Below, in pieces: positions 58,377 through 64,000 of a DNA stretch of 64,000 bases. How positions within the stretch are numbered: the first letter of the stretch is position 1; each line of letters starts with the position of its first letter. The notes beneath the pieces are model-generated. The model had not been told where the DNA came from and did not search any database. It worked only from the letters and a program-made list of their open reading frames with translations. Position numbers and translations under genes: made by a program. Source of the stretch: Hemiscyllium ocellatum (lineage: Eukaryota); assembly GCF_020745735.1 (NCBI RefSeq), contig NC_083433.1, positions 21,649,363-21,713,362 of the forward strand. Direction: 5' to 3'.

Positions 58377-59884
58377 AGGACACGAATGACAAATTTCAAA
58401 TCTCACAACCATTTGTTACAACAGGGGAATGTGGTGAAGAGGAAAGTTTTTCACTCAAAGAGTTGCGAGGGACGTAGGGCAATGGAATGGCTTTAAGGCA
58501 GAGGTAGATTCCTGATTAAGGAGGGACTATCATTTCTCTCTTTATCCATCCACAGGATGAGGGTGTTGCTGGCCAGAGGGCAGTTAAGAGTTAACCACAA
58601 TGAGTTAGGAATCACACACAGGCCAGAACGGCAGTTTCTTTCCCTAAAGGAGGTTAATGAACTAGATGAGTTTTTCCCAACAGTCGGCAATGGATTTATG
58701 GTTATCATTAGTTTCTTAATTCCAGATTTTTTTTTTCAAATTCCTTGGCAGGATTTGAACCTGGGTCCCCAGACATTACTTGAGACTCTAGATTAACAGT
58801 CCAGTGATAATACCATTAGGCTGTCACTTCCGCTTCGGTGAGTCAGTATTCTCAGTGATTTATTTGCCATACAGTAACAACATCTTCTATTTTTGAGGTA
58901 ACATTCAACTGTTCCAGACCTCTGCATATATCACGTATATTAAGGAGGGTGTCAGAGGCAAGAAAGTGGAGTTCAAACTGCACTCGGGTCAGCCGTGATC
59001 TTATTGAAGATCGGAGCGGGCCTGAGGGGCTGAATGGCCTACTCCTGCTCCTATCTCTTATGTTCTTAGCCCAGCAGAGTATGCAACTCTAGTGGCCTGG
59101 AGTTTTTATCACATGACCCACTCCTGCCTGTAAATGCCTCACCATTGGTCACCAGTGTGTCTGCCCTCATCTTCCAATCAGACAGAAAGCAAATCAACCC
59201 TTTGTCATCCAATTTTGATGAACGTTAATAGTCGCTCGAAGGGCCTGTTTTCTCTGAACTTGTCAGGAACATCAGTGTAGAATCCAGGAAAATAAAACAG
59301 AGGGTCAGCCACCATTTCATGGGATAGTATGATGGGCTCGAGGGGCCGAATGGCTGTATTTCTGCTCCTATTTCTTACCCTCTTACGGTACCTATGAACC
59401 CCTGGAACAGCACAAAGACTGAAAATGGTTACAGCACAGGCCATTCAGCTCACTGTAACTATGCCAGCTCTCAACAGCAGTTCGGAGCACCCTGCTCATT
59501 TCCTCTACTGCCCCATGATTTCTCCCCCTCTCACCTGGTCCTTGTCCAGAATCGATGATACCTGTCTCCTCCGAGCTGTTTCAGGCAAGGTTTCCTGTTC
59601 CTAACCACTTACTACACAACAGCAAACTCTATCCTGCTCTACCCCAGGGTCACAGAGGCCCTTTGGCCCAACCCCTCTGTGCCAACCAGAGTTGCCAACC
59701 TGAACTAGTCCCATGTGCCTGCGTTTTGCCCATATCCCTCTAAACCATTCATATCCGTGTACCTGTCCAAAATGTCTTTTAAATTGTCACTTGTGGTTTC
59801 TTTGCAAGTCCTGTGTTTCTCAATTCTCCACCAATGGCAGAGGCCTCTACCTCAGGCGGTGATGACCTGGTTGTATTATGGCTG

Positions 59885-60212
59885 GACCCTGCTGTAATCC
59901 AGAGCCCCAGGGAATGTCCTGGTACCTGAGTTTGAATCCTGCCATGGCGGATGTGGAATTGAATTCAGTAAAAAACAGGAATTACGAATCTAATGATGAC
60001 AATGAATCCATGGTTGATTGCCAGGGGAGAGGAAGCCCCTCTAGTTCACCAATACCCTTTCAGGAAGGAAGCTGCCTTCCTTACCTGGTCTCGGCCTACA
60101 CGTGACTCCAGACCCACAGCAATGGGGTTGACACTGATCTGCCCTTTGGACAATTAGAGGTGGATGATAAATCCTGGCCCAGTCAGTGACCCCCTCATCC
60201 CGTGAATGAAAT
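59885..60212 (+). mobile_element. Older SINE family, possibly Deu/SacSINE1-like; related copies at ~7860-8370, 21000-21640, 31560-31920, 44350-44590, 47455-47850, 56640-57080, 58540-58830 and 63085-63360
   Basis: Shared GGTTCAAATCCCACC, GTGACTCCAGACCCACAGCAAT, AACTGCCCTCTGAAAT and GGATGGGCAATAAAT blocks; family name not verified. Confidence 0.6.
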
Positions 60213-60427
60213 TTTTAAAAATTCTGCTTCCATCCCTCTTGATTTTGAACTCAATCAAATCTCTTCTCAACCTTCACCCCCACCCCCCACCCCCCACCAC
60301 CCAAGCACAACCAGTCCAGCTATATAGTGAGTATCAACATGAAGTGTGTATATTGCTCCAATTATAATCCACTGTCACCAAAGGAAATGAAATCTATAGG
60401 ATACACCATCATAAATATACCTGTATG

Positions 60428-60666
60428 ATTAGATTAGATTCCCTACAGAGTGGAAACAGGCCCTTCGGCCCAACCAGTCCACACTGACCCTCCGAAGAGT
60501 AACCTACACAGACCCATTTCCCTCTGACTGATACACCTATCACTATGGGCAATTTAGCATGACCAATTCACCTGACCTGCGCATCTTTGGATTGTGGGAG
60601 GAAACCAGAGCACCCGGAGGAAACCCACGCAGACGCGTGCAAACTCCACACAGACAGTCGCCCGGA
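60428..60666 (-). mobile_element. V-SINE lacking its head
   Basis: Tail and V domain. Confidence 0.82.
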
Positions 60667-60771
60667 TAGGTGATTAGTGTAGATTCCATAGAGTGTCTCA
60701 CCATGCAACACAGGAGCTGGACTGAGAGGGAAGGAGTCTGCCACCTGGATCACTCTAGTATAAGATCCACA

Positions 60772-61098
60772 TGTGGTGGTTAACATGGCTGCCGCCCAGC
60801 GTCAGGGATCCAGGTTGGATTCCAGCCTTGGGTGACTGTGTGGAATTTGTACATTCTCCCCGTGTCTGCGTGGGTTTCCTCCAATTGCTCTGATTTCCTC
60901 CCTTTGTCCTAAGGTGAGGAGGTGAGGTGGACTGGCCATGCTCAATGACCCACTGCATGGAGGGATGAGCAGGCTAGATGGATTCGCCTTGGGAAATGCA
61001 GGATTACAGTGATACGGTAGGGGGTTTGGTCTGGACAGGACACTGTTCGGAAGGTTCCTGCAGACTGGATGGGCCAAATGGCCTCTCCCCTAGGGATT
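60772..61098 (+). mobile_element. Diverged V-SINE
   Basis: Head and V domain. Confidence 0.78.
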
Positions 61099-61719
61099 CT
61101 CCCTCCCAATCAGAGGCAGCTCATGTGAATAGAAGAAAGGGGAGGGGGGGGGAGGTCATTTGGCCCATTGAACCTGTTCTTTCATTCAATACACTTCTGG
61201 CTATTTTTGGACGAGGTTTGGAAAATTGGGAGGTGTTGAAATCTCACGCGGAGCCTGACCCAAGGCTGGGACAAGGAAGCAGGTTTCACTCGTTACCGTC
61301 CAGAGGCATCGAGACTGAGGGAATGGCAGCCATTAAAGATGAAACTGTCTGAGATGGTGAACACGGGGCAGGAGAAGCTTTGTGAGGAGTTGGGGCTCAG
61401 CCCCAGGGTTAGGGTGGGAGACAGTGCGAATATTCCCAAGGATGTTGGAGAGAGGGGGGAGACAGTGGGTTTGCTGAAGCAGTCTGGGACAGGGATTGAG
61501 GGGAGGGGAATCTGAAACATGTTGATATGGATGGGGTCAGTGGAACGCGTGGCCAGGTGCTGCTTTGTCAGGATTTTGATGTTGAATCCGGAAACCGGGG
61601 AGAAAATGGACAAAACCCATCCGAGACCTGAAGGCGGGGATGTTTCTGGGAGAAGGAGGTGTTTCTGCAGAATCCTGAGGTACTGTGTTCTGTGTCTGTA
61701 TCCCTTTCTAACCAGTGTA

Positions 61720-62130
61720 CCCTTCCCTCCCCTCCCCCTCACCATCTTCCCATCTCCCTTCTTTGTCCACCCCCCACCCCCACCCCCACCCACCTGTTCC
61801 ACTCCCCACTATCCTCCCCTCCTTCCTTCACCTTGCTTTCTCCATCCCTCCCTCCCTCCACCCACACTCTCTACCACCTCCTCTCACCTTGACTCCATCC
61901 CTCTCTTAGTCTCCCTCACCTTCCCTCTCCTCCTTCCCTCTCTCTCTCCCCCACCCCTCCCCTCCCTCTCTCTACCTCACCCAACCCTCCCCTCCCTCTC
62001 TCTACCTCACCCAACCCTCCCCTCCCTCTCTCTACCTCCCCCCACCCCTCTCTCCCTCTCCCTCCCCTTCCCCTTCCCCCTCCATATATATATACACACA
62101 CACACTCACACACAAAACCCCCACCTGCCC
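61720..62130 (+). repeat. Polypyrimidine tract including three 30-bp repeats (61951-62040) upstream of PMM1 exon 4
   Basis: CCAACCCTCCCCTCCCTCTCTCTACCTCAC x3. Confidence 0.88.
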
Positions 62131-62168
62131 CTCTCCTGTCCTGTCTGTTGTTTGTGTCCTTCCCTCAG

Positions 62169-62260
62169 GCTATTCAGAACCAGCTCGGTGAGGAGTTGCT
62201 GCAGGAGCTGATTAATTTCTGTCTGGGCTACATGGCTCTCATTAAACTGCCAAGGAAAAG
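62169..62260 (+). CDS. PMM1: PMM1 exon 4 ([31 protein letters not shown]); gene continues past the window
   Basis: cag acceptor and gtaaca donor; 92 nt; matches IQNHLGEELLQDLINFCLSYMAL; adjacent to DESI1 as in mammals. Confidence 0.96.
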
Positions 62261-62279
62261 GTAACAATCCCCATGACCC

Positions 62280-62482
62280 TGGGCCTGGGGCTGGGGCTGG
62301 AACTGGGGTCTGGGGCTAGGCTTGGGCTGGGGCCTGGGGCCAGGGGCTAGGCCTTGGCCTGGGGCTAGACTTGGGCCTGGGACTGGGCTTGGGCTTGGGG
62401 CTGGGCCTGAGGCAGGGCCTGGGGGTGGGACCGGGGATTGGTGCTGGGCCTGGGCCTAGGGCCGGGCCAGGCTTGGGGCTGG
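62280..62482 (+). repeat. G-rich hexamer repeat (GGGCCT/GGGGCT/GGGCTT) just after PMM1 exon 4
   Basis: About 30 degenerate hexamers. Confidence 0.88.
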
Positions 62483-62639
62483 AGATTGGGGATTGGCGGC
62501 GGGATGGGGCGGGAAGGGAGAGGGATGAATGGACAGAGTGTGATTGGTGGAGCAGTGGGGGAATTGATATGAATGGAAATTTGCAGGAATGGTGGGGTTG
62601 GGAGCTATTGGACAGGAATGCTTGCATTCACTCCTCCAC

Positions 62640-62952
62640 AGTGGCTGAGGAATTTCAATTCCAGCCTCAGGTGATTGACTGTGTGGAGTTTGCACATTCT
62701 CCCTGTGTCTGCGTGGGTTTCCTCCGGGTGCTCCGGTTTCCTCCCACAGTCCAAAGATGTGCAGGTCAGGTGGATTGGCCATGGGAAATTGCCTGTAGTG
62801 TTCAGAGATGTGCAGGCTGGGTGGGTTAGCCATGGGAAATACAGGGTTACAGGAATAAGGTAGGGGGAGTGGGTCTGGGTGGGATACTCTTTGGAGGGTC
62901 AGTACTTGTTGATGGGCCAAATGGCCTCTTTCTGAACTGTAGGGTTTCTATG
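62640..62952 (+). mobile_element. V-SINE in PMM1 intron 4
   Basis: V domain and tail. Confidence 0.82.
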
Positions 62953-63384
62953 AAATACTGACCCCAGTAGTTCGATTTTCTCCCATCCCCCACTCTAACT
63001 GAGGACCTTGAGGTCCCTCGAGCTGTGAATCCATCATTCTCTAGGGCTATGCCTTGACACCACTTTACTGGTGTCAAGGGAGACAGTGGTGTAGTGACGT
63101 TATCGCTGCACTCGTAATCCTGAGGCCCTGGGATAATGCTGTGGTGACGTGGGTTCAAATCCCACCCCTGGCAGCTGGTTTCACTTCAGTAAATAAACAA
63201 AATGAACCTGGAGTTGAAAGCCCATCGGTAACTCCTCCCAATTGTTGTCAAAGCCTTCACTCTGAGAAATCTGGCCTACGTGTGATACCAGGCCCACAGC
63301 AATTTGTGGATTGGTAACTGCCCCTCTGAAATGGCAAAGGCAGTTAGGGATGGGGCAACGTGTGGGCTAGTGGGCCGAGGAGGG

Positions 63385-64000
63385 GCAGATGGAGTTTAAC
63401 GCAGAGAGATGTGAGGTGTTGCATTTTGGAGAAGACGAACCAGGGCAGGACTTAAGACAGTTAATGGTCGGGCCCTGGGGCGTGTTGTCAAACAGACAGA
63501 CCCAGGGGTGCAGGTACAGAGTTCCTTGAAAGTGGAGTCACAGGCAGACAGTGCAGTGAAGGGGGTGTTTGGCACGCTTACCTTCAGCGGTCAGAGCATT
63601 GAGTATAGGGGTTGGGACATCCTGTTGCAGCTGCACAAGACATTGCTGAGGTCACATTTGGGGTGTGCTGTACAAGTTCTGGTCGCCTGATATAGGGGAG
63701 ATGTAACTAAACTGGAAGGGGGACAACAACGATGTACAAGGATGTTACTGTGACTGGAGGCTTTGAGTTATAAGGAGAGGCTGGATAGGATGAGTCTAGG
63801 AGGCTGAGGGGTGACCTTTATAGAGGTTTATAAAATCATGATGGGAATGGATAGGATAAATAGACAAAGTCTTTTCCCTGGGGTGGGGGAGTCCAGAACT
63901 AGAGGGCATAGGTTTAGGGTGAGAGGGGAAAGATATAAAAGGGACCTAAGGAGTAACGTTTTCACACAGAGAGTGGTACGGGTGTGGAATGAGCTGCCAG
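63385..64000 (+). mobile_element. CR1/HER1-like 3' fragment running off the window
   Basis: QSSLKVESQ, LLQLHKTLLRSHL, RGDL motif. Confidence 0.88.

Noticed and set aside
53652-62260. Assignment to PMM2
   Set aside because: GGSDY.KIAEQLG, FAENGTVQY, the 118-nt exon 2 and adjacency to DESI1 all fit PMM1
62280-62482. Resemblance of GGGCT repeats to immunoglobulin switch regions
   Set aside because: Short, lacks AGCT density and lies in a PMM1 intron with no Ig segments
61293-62920. Long ORFs (169, 230, 152 and 154 aa) around PMM1 exon 4
   Set aside because: Produced by low-complexity tracts and SINE sequence; the real exon is in a different frame

Overview
Vertebrate genomic DNA, almost certainly from an elasmobranch (shark or ray): it is dense in HE1-like V-SINEs with (TCTAA)n tails and CR1/HER1-like LINE fragments. 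Protein-coding content on the + strand is a complete 6-exon DESI1 (29773-44942, 166 aa) with a probable ~6.8 kb 3'UTR, followed by exons 1-4 of PMM1 (53652-62260, continuing beyond the window). A CpG-island promoter and first exon of an unidentified minus-strand gene lie at ~9.4-9.8 kb. Mobile DNA includes CR1, Rex1/Babar, Tx1-like L1 and Penelope-like RT remnants. The most notable signal is a set of short Penelope-derived modules carrying minimal hammerhead-ribozyme cores (CUGANGA-A-stemII-GAAA with a palindromic ACGU/AGCU). Two families show compensatory stem changes, and copies recur as inverted head-to-head pairs. Both promoters are built from phased arrays: ~42-bp CCAAT/TGACAG units and ~20-bp GC-box units. 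Exon coordinates were checked by hand; repeat boundaries are approximate, and family names come from recognition rather than database searches.
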